A program made the translations under genes and the position numbers. Of a DNA stretch of 34,478 bases, positions 16,795-27,205 are shown piece by piece. Source of the stretch: a virus. Taxonomy: Duplodnaviria > Caudoviricetes. Every line of letters begins with the position of its first letter. Positions within the stretch are counted from its first letter, which is position 1. Location: positions 1 to 34,478 of the IMG/VR virus record IMGVR_UViG_3300035102_000153; one strand, written 5' to 3'. The notes under the pieces were generated by a model. That model saw nothing but the letters and a program-made list of their open reading frames with translations, was not told the origin of the DNA and searched no databases.

Positions 16795-18516
16795 ATGAAA
16801 ACGATGAACAAACGCTTCATCGATCTTAAAGTCGAAGAAATGCAAAAAGTTAACAGCGGTATACTTGCTGGTTCATTCGATCTAAACCGCTATGGCAAGG
16901 GTGTAGACTATGGCAAGGCAGTTGTAGAAAGTTATACGGTTATAAACCAACTTGGTAGTTTTGGTGACTTTGAAAACGGAAGTGGTCTTGCAAATGGCTG
17001 GAATGAAGCTGATGCCGGGAACGATGCTACACCGACATTGACTACAGCATATAGGCAAAGTGGTTCGTATTCACAGAAATATGAAACCACAAGTGCGACA
17101 TTAAATGCTTCGTATTTGTATAGAAATATTCAGCTAAAGCAAGGCCACGTTTATTTTTTCAAAGGGTATATAAAAACAGCGACAAATAGCGACAACATAA
17201 ACAGCCTTGGCAAAGTAGAAATAGGCGACATAGTTATAAACGCTGCTGGCGTTCAAGACAAGTTTATAGCTACATCATTCACTTTCACGGGTGCAACTGG
17301 AAATTACCCGCTGCGTATTTGGTTGAAAGACGCTACCTGTGAAGCTACAAAAACTTATACATTCTGGGCAGACGCTTTCATGCTAGTAGACTTGACAAAC
17401 ATGGACGTTATGCCGACTGGTTTAAAAGCTTTCTTCAAACCATTAGAAAATTTCACTTTATTAGCTACGTCGGACCCTGTTTTAGCAAATGATGGCAGAA
17501 GCTTTACTGGCAATGAATGGCTAAACGAACTTATGCCATACATAAATAGTGTAAAAACAGTCAATAGTGTAACTACCGCAACGACCGTTATTGAACATGA
17601 AGGCACTTGGGGCAATAGGTTGGAATTCAATTCAGAACTAATTGGCTATTTTGGTGTGTATGACAGGCTAAGTGATGATGGTGAACTTACCAAACGATGG
17701 CAAAAAGAAACCGTAACAATAGCAGCTGGCAGCGGAACTGTTTCAAAAAGTGGGCAAACGAATTGTTTTCTAATTTCGGGTGACGGCTTGTACTATGATG
17801 CTACCATTGCTAATACCAGTATAACAACGACAGCACCCGACGGCAGTTATACGGCTTACTATACACTAACTAACTACGAAATAACAGACGTAGACATTGT
17901 TTCAATGTTGCCGGTTGTAAAAGAAAACCAGAACGTATTTGAAAACTGGCAGTGGATCAAGAACGAATTTATAGCTGATGGAATTGTTAAAACGTTTAAT
18001 TTAAGTCAAACAGCTTCGTTACCTTATTCAGTTTACGTAAACGGCGAAGAAGTAGCCGATCGTGAAGTTACAAAGTTTTCTACAAGTTTCACGTTTACAA
18101 CGGCACCACGAAACGGGGCTATTATACAAGTTTATTATAATAAAAGCTGGGTGCCTGTTTCTATTAGCATGGAACTATATGAACCAACGAAGTTTCAAGA
18201 AACATTGTCGCATTTCACAGAACTGGAAGTTTCAGAAAGAATGGACGTTGAAATGAACGATCTTGAATACGGCTTACAAGAAAAAATTATTTTAAGCAGG
18301 CGTTATGAAGTTTCACTAAACAAAGATCTTATTGAAAACTATGAAAATTTCTTAAAAAAATATAAAGACAAAAAATTCAGGTTAATAATAACAAACTTGC
18401 GTGATGGCAAGGTAGAAATAGCTTCAGTTTGTGAAATTGAAGAAGGAAGTAGCAAGAATTACTTCCGTGGAAACGAACGTGTGAATATATTAGCAACTAA
18501 CTATTATGTGGGGTGA
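16795..18516 (+). CDS. Large tail-associated protein with carbohydrate-binding-like and Ig-like segments
   Basis: NQLGSFGDFE..W...GSYSQK...GHVYFFKGYIK...FWADAFML resembles galactose-binding-like CBM folds; VYVNG...FTFTTAP..G..IQVYY module. Confidence 0.55.
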   Translation: MKTMNKRFIDLKVEEMQKVNSGILAGSFDLNRYGKGVDYGKAVVESYTVINQLGSFGDFENGSGLANGWNEADAGNDATPTLTTAYRQSGSYSQKYETTSATLNASYLYRNIQLKQGHVYFFKGYIKTATNSDNINSLGKVEIGDIVINAAGVQDKFIATSFTFTGATGNYPLRIWLKDATCEATKTYTFWADAFMLVDLTNMDVMPTGLKAFFKPLENFTLLATSDPVLANDGRSFTGNEWLNELMPYINSVKTVNSVTTATTVIEHEGTWGNRLEFNSELIGYFGVYDRLSDDGELTKRWQKETVTIAAGSGTVSKSGQTNCFLISGDGLYYDATIANTSITTTAPDGSYTAYYTLTNYEITDVDIVSMLPVVKENQNVFENWQWIKNEFIADGIVKTFNLSQTASLPYSVYVNGEEVADREVTKFSTSFTFTTAPRNGAIIQVYYNKSWVPVSISMELYEPTKFQETLSHFTELEVSERMDVEMNDLEYGLQEKIILSRRYEVSLNKDLIENYENFLKKYKDKKFRLIITNLRDGKVEIASVCEIEEGSSKNYFRGNERVNILATNYYVG

Positions 18517-18520
18517 AAAT

Positions 18521-19072
18521 ATGGCTAAAAGAATAAATATGAAAGAACTGCTTCATGACAAAGAAAAGGCAAAAGGCTTCTTTGCTTCAAAGGGTTATGC
18601 AAACGTGAAAAGAACATATATTGACGAAAATGGTGAACAACAAGAAGAAATAATTTCAATTGAAATAAAACCATTAGGTGACCATCCACTTAAAAAAGCT
18701 TTTCTTGAAAAGAACCCTATGCCGAAACCGCCTGTTATTAGGGAACTTATAAACATAAACACGGGTGAAACAGCCTACGAAGCAGGTGTTTCAGCGGAAA
18801 CAATAAAGAACGATCCAAACTGGCAATGGAAGCAAATACAAGATGAAACGGATGAAAAATACCAGAAAGAACTTCAAGAATGGCAAAGAAAATTTTTAGC
18901 AATACAAATGATGATCGTTTTTGAAGTAGAAGACGAATTCGGAATTGAAAAAATAGACGAATTTGAACAATTTCTTGAAGACTTGGGACTTTCAGCAAAC
19001 CAAGTGCAGAATATAGCAGAAGCGATTCGTGACCTAGATTTTTTAGAAAGCAACAAGAAGAACAGGAAGTAA
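18521..19072 (+). CDS. Tail assembly chaperone (gpG-like)
   Basis: Located before the tape measure gene; slippery T TTT TTA near its 3' end; GGGGTG RBS. Confidence 0.8.
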   Translation: MAKRINMKELLHDKEKAKGFFASKGYANVKRTYIDENGEQQEEIISIEIKPLGDHPLKKAFLEKNPMPKPPVIRELININTGETAYEAGVSAETIKNDPNWQWKQIQDETDEKYQKELQEWQRKFLAIQMMIVFEVEDEFGIEKIDEFEQFLEDLGLSANQVQNIAEAIRDLDFLESNKKNRK

Positions 19073-19287
19073 AGGACTTCTTTGAATATGAAAAATTTGA
19101 ACAAGACAACGAATACACACCCATGGGTTTCATTGTTATGCGAATTTGTGAAAACTTTGGGTATACGTACCAAGAATGGGAAGAACTTCCAAACGTAGAA
19201 AAGCTTAGACACTTATACTATGAAACTATGAAGGCACGCAAAGAACAGCATGAAATAGACAAAGCTAAAAAACAGTCAAGAAGGTGA
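19039..19287 (+). CDS. -1 frameshift extension of the tail chaperone (gpGT-like)
   Basis: Heptamer T TTT TTA at 19039-19045; the -1 frame is open (RKQQEEQEVKDFF...KKQSRR) to TGA 19287, just before the tape measure start. Confidence 0.85.
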   Translation, partial: FFRKQQEEQEVKDFFEYEKFEQDNEYTPMGFIVMRICENFGYTYQEWEELPNVEKLRHLYYETMKARKEQHEIDKAKKQSRR

Positions 19288-19291
19288 AAAC

Positions 19292-22200
19292 ATGGCTTTG
19301 TTAGGTGACCTGCAATTTAAAGTAGGGCTTCAAGACCAAAACTATACGCAAGGTATGTCAAGAATGCAGAAAAGCACGCAGACGTTTAACAGTGTTTTAG
19401 GTGGGCTTAAAACTACACTTCTTGGCATTTTTGGCACTGCAGGCGTTATGGCAATGGTGCGAAGTAGTACAAAGAACTGGGCTGAACAGGAAACGGCTTT
19501 AGTGAAACTTGACTTTGCTATAAACCAGTTTGCAGGTAGCAACCAAAAACTTAAAAAGGAAATAGTGGACCTTTCAACTGAAATGCAAAGTCTTATAGGT
19601 ATAGGCGATGAACAAGTTCAAAACTTAGCAATGCTTGGACTTTCGTATGGTATACAAGCTGACAAAATACTTGAAGCGACTGAAGCAAGTATTTACTTGT
19701 CAAAAGTAACTGGTACAGATGCGGACACCATTATGCGTGGCTTTGCACAAACGATGGAAGGCACGGTTGGAATATTAGGGCGTTATATTCCTGAAGTACG
19801 TAATTTGTCAGAAGAACAATTGAAGTCAGGTGAAGCAATAGACTTAATAAATGAAAAATTTGAAGGACTTGACAAAACGCTTTCACAGACAACAGAAAGT
19901 TCACTAGCACGTATGAAAGCGTCGATTGGTGACTTGGGCGAAATTATGGGTGAAAAGCTTGCACCTATTGTTAAACGTGTTTCAGACTTTGTTGTAGACT
20001 TCACGGTCGCAGCTGGTGAAAATGGTTCAGTATTGAAAACAGTTGCAGACTATGCAAAGACAGCATTTGACAACATGGGTATATTAGGTAAAGCCGTTAC
20101 AGGTGTTATAAGTGCCTTCTTGACGTTGAAATTCGCAGCTACAGCATGGCATTTACTTGCGGGTGCTTTGGTAAGTGGCGGTAAAATAATGGTAACTATT
20201 TTTCACACAATATTTTCGTGGCCAGCTGCAATAATAGCGTCGGTCTTTATGCTACAAGTAGCTTGGGAACATAACTGGTTTGGTATGCGTGACACGTTAG
20301 TCAGTGCTTGGGACGGCATGAAAGCAAGTTGGAACGGTGCGTATGACAACCTAAAAGAAATTTGGGAAGACCCAGACCTTTCATTCTTGGAACGTGTCGC
20401 TGGTAGTATTGGCCTAATTGTAGGGAAAATTTGGAAAGGTGGCGATGGTTACAGGGGTTTAGGTACAATTTGGTCAGAAGCTTGGAATGAATTGGTGAAA
20501 GTTTGGAAAGACCCAGATCTTTCGTTCATTGAACAAATTGGGAAAACATTTGGAACGGTTGCGAATGCCGTTTGGGAATCGGCTGTAACCATTGGTGCAG
20601 CTTTTACAGAAGCATTTGGGGGTGACGTTCAACAATATTTAGAAACGACTAGAAAGGCTTTAGAAGACATAAAAACAAGCTGGCAAACACTTATACAAGA
20701 AGGCGTTACACCACAACTACGAATAGAAGCAGGCTTTGAATTAGCTGAAGGAATATACGAATTACCTGCTAAATTGGTTCTTTCAGGTTTCATAGTGGAA
20801 GAAGACTTTGACATCACTGCATTAGACAATATTGTCAACATATTAACTGAAACATTAGGTTTGCGTTTAATAACAGGTTCATGGCGTATAGCTATAGGCG
20901 TGTCGCTTTTAACAGACGTTATTTTTGGTGACGGTATTTCAGCAGACAATTGGAAAAACTGGCTATATACGTTTTTAGCAAGTGCCGGGGCGGGTCTAAT
21001 ATTGACAAAAGGCAACCTACTTTCAATACCCATAGCACTAGCTATTACAGAATTCACAATTGCAGCCGCCATGGTAGAAGACATAAAAGAACAGGCATTG
21101 AACATTGAAAAGAATATGTTAATTGCACCCACAGCGGACACGTCAAACTTTGAAAAGGCGTTAAGGTGGGCATTAGGTGAAGAAGCTACTAACGCAGCAG
21201 CAGACGCAGCACAGCAAATATTGAAAATAGCAGAAGACAGTAGTACGAATATTTTTGAAGAAATTTCATTGCTTTTCTATTCAGTTACTTTGCAACTTGA
21301 ATACCATTTGAATTTGTGGGCTAAAGCAATTCAAGACTGGTGGAATAGTTTGTCTAGTAACGAATGGTGGGGTTTTCTTTTTGGCACAGGACCGTCTGAA
21401 GAAGCTATGACTGAACAAGCCGAAGAATACTTACAGCGGTCAGGTAGAATACCGGGCAAACAATCAGGTGGTTTTACAGCCAATGTAGGCGTTGACCAAG
21501 TTGCTGGCGTCGTGCACGGTGGTGAATGGGTTGCACCTGCGTGGATGGTAGACAGACTGCCGTGGCTTTTCAATTTACTTGAAGCACAAAGAAGGCAAGG
21601 TTTTAAAACTGGTGGCTTTGTTGGTTACCAAGCTGGTGGAAGTGTAGACGCTGCCGGTGGGTTAACACTTGCCGGGGCGTGGGAAGATGTGAAAGAAACG
21701 CTACAAAAAGATCTTGACTTCCTTGCAGATTTGGCTGAAAACATTATGGCTGAAGTTGGTGACAGGCTCGGTATAAATACAGATGAACTATTTAGTCAGC
21801 TAAGTGAATCTACAAACAGCGTTGAAGAACAATTCAATGAACTTGGTCAACAATTGAATGACACTGAAACAAAGCTTTACGACTGGCAAGAACTGCTTGT
21901 TGAAAATTCGGAATTGTTTGACGCTGTAGCAGACTATACAATAGGTATAAATGAAGAATTTAGCAATTTAGCAACCGTTGTAGACTGGCTTCAAAATACA
22001 TTCAGTGGGCTTTTAGAAAGAACAAGTGGTTTCACTTCAAGCATAACAACATTTTTACAGCCAGTTACAGGTTTTCTAAATAACTTCGTTTCAAGCGGTG
22101 TAACGCAAATTCTAGGGAACTTGGTTGTCAACCTTTCAAGTGTGAATGCTTTACTTAATCCATTCACAACTATTTTAGGCATGATGGTAACAATGCTTGG

Positions 22201-22702
22201 GCCTGCTATAGACACAGTTTTAAGACCGTTTCTTGACTTTATGATGATCATAGCCAGAACGATGGCAAGCGTATTAAACCCTGCTTTACAATTGCTATAC
22301 GCAGCTTTATACCCACTAATCTGGGTGGTAACTGCAGTAGGTTGGGCTATGGATCAGGCTGTACTAGCAATCGACAGTTTAATTGACAGTATACCATTCA
22401 TGTCAGGCTTCTTAAGTGAGGCACAAAGACGTGAAATGTCGCAAAGCATAGAACAACGTATGGCTGGCTACGAAGCTGGTGAAGAATGGACATTGGAAAC
22501 ACCAGAAGGTTACGAAGGTACTACTGGTGGAACTACATTTCAAGCTGGTTCAACGCAGGCGATCACAAATAATATAAATTTCTATTTCAGTGGAAATACA
22601 ATTCTAAGTGAAGATGATGAAGCAGCCAGACACTTAGCTGAAGTCATAGTAAACACCTTAAGGGAACATAGGTTGACAGTATTTGAACAGGTAAGGATGT
22701 GA
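19292..22702 (+). CDS. Tail tape measure protein
   Basis: 1136 aa, helical with periodic Trp; W.DPDLSF repeats; SGGFT...AGVVHGGEWV motif. Confidence 0.93.
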   Translation: MALLGDLQFKVGLQDQNYTQGMSRMQKSTQTFNSVLGGLKTTLLGIFGTAGVMAMVRSSTKNWAEQETALVKLDFAINQFAGSNQKLKKEIVDLSTEMQSLIGIGDEQVQNLAMLGLSYGIQADKILEATEASIYLSKVTGTDADTIMRGFAQTMEGTVGILGRYIPEVRNLSEEQLKSGEAIDLINEKFEGLDKTLSQTTESSLARMKASIGDLGEIMGEKLAPIVKRVSDFVVDFTVAAGENGSVLKTVADYAKTAFDNMGILGKAVTGVISAFLTLKFAATAWHLLAGALVSGGKIMVTIFHTIFSWPAAIIASVFMLQVAWEHNWFGMRDTLVSAWDGMKASWNGAYDNLKEIWEDPDLSFLERVAGSIGLIVGKIWKGGDGYRGLGTIWSEAWNELVKVWKDPDLSFIEQIGKTFGTVANAVWESAVTIGAAFTEAFGGDVQQYLETTRKALEDIKTSWQTLIQEGVTPQLRIEAGFELAEGIYELPAKLVLSGFIVEEDFDITALDNIVNILTETLGLRLITGSWRIAIGVSLLTDVIFGDGISADNWKNWLYTFLASAGAGLILTKGNLLSIPIALAITEFTIAAAMVEDIKEQALNIEKNMLIAPTADTSNFEKALRWALGEEATNAAADAAQQILKIAEDSSTNIFEEISLLFYSVTLQLEYHLNLWAKAIQDWWNSLSSNEWWGFLFGTGPSEEAMTEQAEEYLQRSGRIPGKQSGGFTANVGVDQVAGVVHGGEWVAPAWMVDRLPWLFNLLEAQRRQGFKTGGFVGYQAGGSVDAAGGLTLAGAWEDVKETLQKDLDFLADLAENIMAEVGDRLGINTDELFSQLSESTNSVEEQFNELGQQLNDTETKLYDWQELLVENSELFDAVADYTIGINEEFSNLATVVDWLQNTFSGLLERTSGFTSSITTFLQPVTGFLNNFVSSGVTQILGNLVVNLSSVNALLNPFTTILGMMVTMLGPAIDTVLRPFLDFMMIIARTMASVLNPALQLLYAALYPLIWVVTAVGWAMDQAVLAIDSLIDSIPFMSGFLSEAQRREMSQSIEQRMAGYEAGEEWTLETPEGYEGTTGGTTFQAGSTQAITNNINFYFSGNTILSEDDEAARHLAEVIVNTLREHRLTVFEQVRM

Positions 22703-22706
22703 TTGC

Positions 22707-23039
22707 GTGCTTATTCAATTTGGAAATGTAAAGCTACATGTGAAGGAAGTACCTGAAACAATAGAAATTAAGCAGAATTTGAACGAAGCTATAGACGGAA
22801 GTACATACGGCTATTACTTCGGGCAAGTAAGAACATGGAACGTTACAACGACGTTCTTTGATGAAGAAACGAAAAAGAAAATAGAAAAAAATATAAAAGA
22901 CAAACATAGGTTGTATTTAGACAACGGAAAATTTTACAACGTGCGTATAGATGGCGAAATAAATTATAATGTCTTTAAAACGGTGCAAGGTGAAAAGACG
23001 TATACAGCACAATTTACTTTGCGGGAAGTGGTTGTATGA
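22707..23039 (+). CDS. Distal tail protein (Dit-like, putative)
   Basis: Small beta-rich ORF directly after the tape measure gene, ending FTLREV. Confidence 0.6.
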   Translation: MLIQFGNVKLHVKEVPETIEIKQNLNEAIDGSTYGYYFGQVRTWNVTTTFFDEETKKKIEKNIKDKHRLYLDNGKFYNVRIDGEINYNVFKTVQGEKTYTAQFTLREVVV

Positions 23040-26000
23040 TCAGTGTTAAACTGAATAATCAAGAATATTCACAATATTTGTTGGACGTCAATATTGACAT
23101 AAACGAAAGTTGGTTGGGAAAACTTGATCCAAATACGGCTACAGTGAAATTAGACAATAGCAATGGACTTTTTTATATAAACCAGTACGGTCAAGTAGTT
23201 GGGCCTAACGATGTTATTTTTCAAGAAGGTATAACAGCTACAATAGACATAGACGGAATAAGAAAGTTCACTGGTTACGTTGACAAACAACCTAAGTTCA
23301 GTATTGACAAAAAGCAAATTTCTTTAAGTTTGAAAGACAAGTGGAAACAGTTTGAAAAAAAGCGTTGTGAAAACAAGGTATATTTAAGTACGGCTTTCTT
23401 GACTGTTTTAAACGACTTAGTTACACAAGCTGGGGAAATAATAGAAAATACCAACTTTGAAAACCCTGAATTGACAATAAATTATTGGTACGTGAATGAA
23501 GAAAAATCAATAACAGACGCCTTGACAGAATTGGTCAAGTCGGTTGGCGGACAGCTATATTACAACGAAAACGGTATTCTAATTTTCAAAGCTGGCTTTA
23601 AGTCTACGTTTACTACCGAAGTTGTAGACACGTTCACAGTTTCAAATATAAGTGGTGACTTTGAATTGTCACCAAACGGTGAAAAATACGAACAGGTGGA
23701 AGTTAGTAACAAAAGAAAAACGCTAAGTAACAAACTTGAATATGTTTACATAGGTGCTACTGAAGATCAACCATTTGAAGTACCACCAGAAGGGTTACCG
23801 CCGGATGCAAACGACAAATTCTTGGCTAAATTTGACGATCCAGTATGGTGGCTTGAATATTATGCGGGTGTAGAATTTGCCGCTGATGCTGGCATTAGTT
23901 TGAATGAAACAAAATATAACGACAATTTTCTTGACCATGCAAACCATATTTTGAAAAATCCGTTTGAATTAGACTTGCGGGTTGACAATACGTCAGGCAT
24001 AACTGGAAATATTACCGATTTCAAAATAAAAGGCAAAAAAGTTGTAGAAGAAGAAGACTATTACCTTTACCCTATTGTTTCAACGAATGAAAAATACACG
24101 TTTGACACAGAATTAATTTCAGACAGAACTTGGGGTGAAAGCCTTGCTAAATGGCTGTATGAAGAAGTACAAGTTAAACCAAAAGTTGAAATAAAAGTTG
24201 CCGATTTTGCAAGTGGTTTAAATTTGAACATAGGTGAAAAAATATTAGTAAAAGACACTGTTTCAGGTATTTCACACAGGTACGTTATTCACCGAATAAA
24301 GATAAATTACAAAAATTCAAGTGTAACTATTAACGCCGTTCAAGACCGTGACGCTTTTGTGTACGACCCTTCAATCGTAAAACAAAGCAAAAGCAGTGCT
24401 AATGCAGAATTACAACCACTTACACAAGACATTTCACAGCTGCAAAGTGACTTAGCTGCTACACAACAACAAGTTACCGAAGTGGACAATAGAACAAGCT
24501 ACTTGGACAGTACGGCACCGTCGACACCAACAAATATTACATTGTCTTCAAACATAGTTGAAGGGCAAAGTACAGTAACCGTTTCTTTTATAGCGTCACC
24601 TGAAGCAGACGTAATTTACTACGAAGTAGCTTATACCTTTGACGGCATACATTGGGAAACAGTGACTACGTCAGACGTTTCAATTACTTTTGAAGCAATA
24701 GCAAACAAAAACGTATGGGTGAAAGTTCGTTCAGTAGACGCTGAAGGGTATTTTTCAGCATGGTCAACAGTGCAAAGTGTACAAGCTGCTAAGGACTTAA
24801 TACCACCCTCGGTACCTGCTGGTCTAACAGTCACAGAATACTTTCAAAAAATACGTGTTTTATGGAATGAAAATACAGAAGAAGACATGAAAGACTATAT
24901 TGTACAAGTGTCTACTTATAGCGACTTTAGTACAAATGTAGAAACTTATTATGTTGACGCTACCTACTTTGTTTATAGTGGTCAAACAAGTACAACGTAC
25001 TATTTCAGGGTGAAAGCACGTGACACAAGCTTGAACGAAAGCGACTGGACGGCTACGGTCAGTGGTACAACAGTAAAGGCATACGATGAAGACATAGAAA
25101 GTGCTATATTAAACCAAGCAGCTGCAGACATAAATACGTTGAACACGGTTACAATACCTGCCTTGCAAACAGACATAGACGCAAAACTTCCTAATGAACC
25201 ACTAGTTATTTCAGAAACGCACATTCAAGACAATGCAATTTCTACAAGAACAATTCAAGCAGAAGCAATTACAGCCAACGAAATAGCAAGCGGAACAATT
25301 ACAGCAGGTAACATCGGTGCAAACCAAATAACGGCTAACCACATCGGTGCAAATGAAATAATTACGAATTCAGCAAATATAGGCACAGCGGTAATTGACA
25401 CGGTACATATAAAGACAGCAGCTATAAAAACAGCACAAATAGCAGACTTGAATGTTACAAATGCAAAAATAGCAGACTTAGCAGTTGACAACGCTAAAAT
25501 TGCAAACTTGGACGCTGCTAAAATAACGTCAGGGTACATTGACGCCGACAGAATAGCAGCAGGCACTATTACAGCTGAAAAGCTTTCAATACAACCACCA
25601 GATGCTTTGCCCAACGGTACTATAGCGTATTGGACAAACTCACTAACAGATGAAATTAACGGTATAGCTTTTGCGGGTATAGAAGAACAACATTTGAACA
25701 ACTGGGTAACACTTACGCCTGAAAACGCACCAGAAGGAAGCATAGTTGGTGAACTATTAGCAGCCGACAAAATTTATGCAAACCATATAGCAGCAGGAAC
25801 TATAACAGCCGACAAACTAACATCAAATTTTACAATAAGTGCTGGTCAATATATTCAAGCTGGCGACGCTAATAGAAATTACAAACTTGATGGAACTCAA
25901 GGACTTATTAGAACGATTGGAAGTAACACATATAATATTTTTAGTTATGTTCTGAGTGGGGAAGCTAACTTTGATGGAACCGTAACATATAAAGATATCG

Positions 26001-26536
26001 ATTTAACAAACTACGGATTAACAGATTACATTGCAATTTTAAATTTTCAACAGACGCAATTTTGGCGTTCAGAATGGACAACAAGCAAAAATTTAACATT
26101 GACATATGAAAAAATTAGCAGCAACATTTTAAGAATATTGGCATATTTTAGTGATGAGGTAGTATGGATTACAAAAACGGGTCCTACAATTAGTTTTACT
26201 TATGGTGATTCTTGGCATACTTTGGTAACTACAGCCGCAGATACAACCGGTGCTCAAGTATATTGGACTGCCACTAGACAAGATCTTACAGAAAGCAATA
26301 CTTTAACACATTATTATAGAATACCGGGAACTTATACAATTAAAGTGCAAGGGAACGGGCACAAAAGAGATTATATAAACATTGATTGGGGCGATGGAAT
26401 TATTACAACTGACGGGCCTTATGTTGCAAGTTGGTTTGCACAACATGATTATTCTGCCAAATATGTTGCCGAAGGCCATAGTGGAAATCCACAGCCTTTA
26501 TGGGGAAAAATAAATTACACAGTTTTAGGCTATTAA
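23036..26536 (+). CDS. Tail hub / central fibre with fibronectin type III domains and 5-residue repeats
   Basis: Hub-like N-terminus; FN3 motifs (APSTPT, YYFRVKARDTSLNESDWT); ITANEIASGTITA-type repeats; divergent C-terminus. Confidence 0.85.
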   Translation: MISVKLNNQEYSQYLLDVNIDINESWLGKLDPNTATVKLDNSNGLFYINQYGQVVGPNDVIFQEGITATIDIDGIRKFTGYVDKQPKFSIDKKQISLSLKDKWKQFEKKRCENKVYLSTAFLTVLNDLVTQAGEIIENTNFENPELTINYWYVNEEKSITDALTELVKSVGGQLYYNENGILIFKAGFKSTFTTEVVDTFTVSNISGDFELSPNGEKYEQVEVSNKRKTLSNKLEYVYIGATEDQPFEVPPEGLPPDANDKFLAKFDDPVWWLEYYAGVEFAADAGISLNETKYNDNFLDHANHILKNPFELDLRVDNTSGITGNITDFKIKGKKVVEEEDYYLYPIVSTNEKYTFDTELISDRTWGESLAKWLYEEVQVKPKVEIKVADFASGLNLNIGEKILVKDTVSGISHRYVIHRIKINYKNSSVTINAVQDRDAFVYDPSIVKQSKSSANAELQPLTQDISQLQSDLAATQQQVTEVDNRTSYLDSTAPSTPTNITLSSNIVEGQSTVTVSFIASPEADVIYYEVAYTFDGIHWETVTTSDVSITFEAIANKNVWVKVRSVDAEGYFSAWSTVQSVQAAKDLIPPSVPAGLTVTEYFQKIRVLWNENTEEDMKDYIVQVSTYSDFSTNVETYYVDATYFVYSGQTSTTYYFRVKARDTSLNESDWTATVSGTTVKAYDEDIESAILNQAAADINTLNTVTIPALQTDIDAKLPNEPLVISETHIQDNAISTRTIQAEAITANEIASGTITAGNIGANQITANHIGANEIITNSANIGTAVIDTVHIKTAAIKTAQIADLNVTNAKIADLAVDNAKIANLDAAKITSGYIDADRIAAGTITAEKLSIQPPDALPNGTIAYWTNSLTDEINGIAFAGIEEQHLNNWVTLTPENAPEGSIVGELLAADKIYANHIAAGTITADKLTSNFTISAGQYIQAGDANRNYKLDGTQGLIRTIGSNTYNIFSYVLSGEANFDGTVTYKDIDLTNYGLTDYIAILNFQQTQFWRSEWTTSKNLTLTYEKISSNILRILAYFSDEVVWITKTGPTISFTYGDSWHTLVTTAADTTGAQVYWTATRQDLTESNTLTHYYRIPGTYTIKVQGNGHKRDYINIDWGDGIITTDGPYVASWFAQHDYSAKYVAEGHSGNPQPLWGKINYTVLGY

Positions 26537-26547
26537 AGGGGGCAAAC

Positions 26548-26853
26548 ATGGAAAATAGCAATGAAATATTGAACGAACTACGTATTGAAGTTGCGAAACA
26601 AAAAGAAAATATTGACAGTCTTAAAACAAGCGTGAACAAGCTTGAAAAGCAATTAAACGAATTTATTTCAACTGTGAAAAACGGTTATATTGACGACCGT
26701 GTTATAAAAGCTATAAAACAGAACGATGAACTTATGGACAAAATTATAGGCGATTCAATAAACAAGAAAGTCGGTAGGTGGTTTATAGGGCTTATATCAG
26801 CCAACGTCATAACACTGGTAACGTTGATACTAACACTTTTGGGAGGCGAATAA
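26548..26853 (+). CDS. Coiled-coil protein with a C-terminal transmembrane helix (XhlA/holin-like)
   Basis: GGGGG RBS before ATG 26548; C-terminal WFIGLISANVITLVTLILTLL. Confidence 0.65.
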   Translation: MENSNEILNELRIEVAKQKENIDSLKTSVNKLEKQLNEFISTVKNGYIDDRVIKAIKQNDELMDKIIGDSINKKVGRWFIGLISANVITLVTLILTLLGGE

Positions 26854-26854
26854 A

Positions 26855-27205
26855 ATGGTATTTTCACAAAAAAAACCAAGTACAATCTATATAATATCAA
26901 CAAATAACGACATTAGAACTGGTACGTTTAAAGTTAAGTATGCTTTCAGGTACAACATTCAACAAGCTACGAGAACAGAAACATACATGGATGACAACGG
27001 TGTAGAACAGACGCAAACTATAGAAGGCTGGGAATATGAAGAGTATATAAATGAACAAGAGTACGAATTGTTTCTAAGACCATCCATAGTTGAAATTTTG
27101 AAAAGCTTATATAATTCCGTTGTCCCAGTTCTTCAGTATTCACAGAATTATGCGAATATAGAAATTCCGAAAGAAATTGAGGTGAATGACAATGGCACAG
27201 CATAA
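26855..27205 (+). CDS. Hypothetical protein, possibly tail-associated
   Basis: GGAGG RBS; ORF coupled to its neighbours. Confidence 0.7.
   Translation: MVFSQKKPSTIYIISTNNDIRTGTFKVKYAFRYNIQQATRTETYMDDNGVEQTQTIEGWEYEEYINEQEYELFLRPSIVEILKSLYNSVVPVLQYSQNYANIEIPKEIEVNDNGTA

Noticed and set aside
25220-25600. Repetitive DNA as a separate element
   Set aside because: Explained by 5-residue protein repeats in the tail fibre
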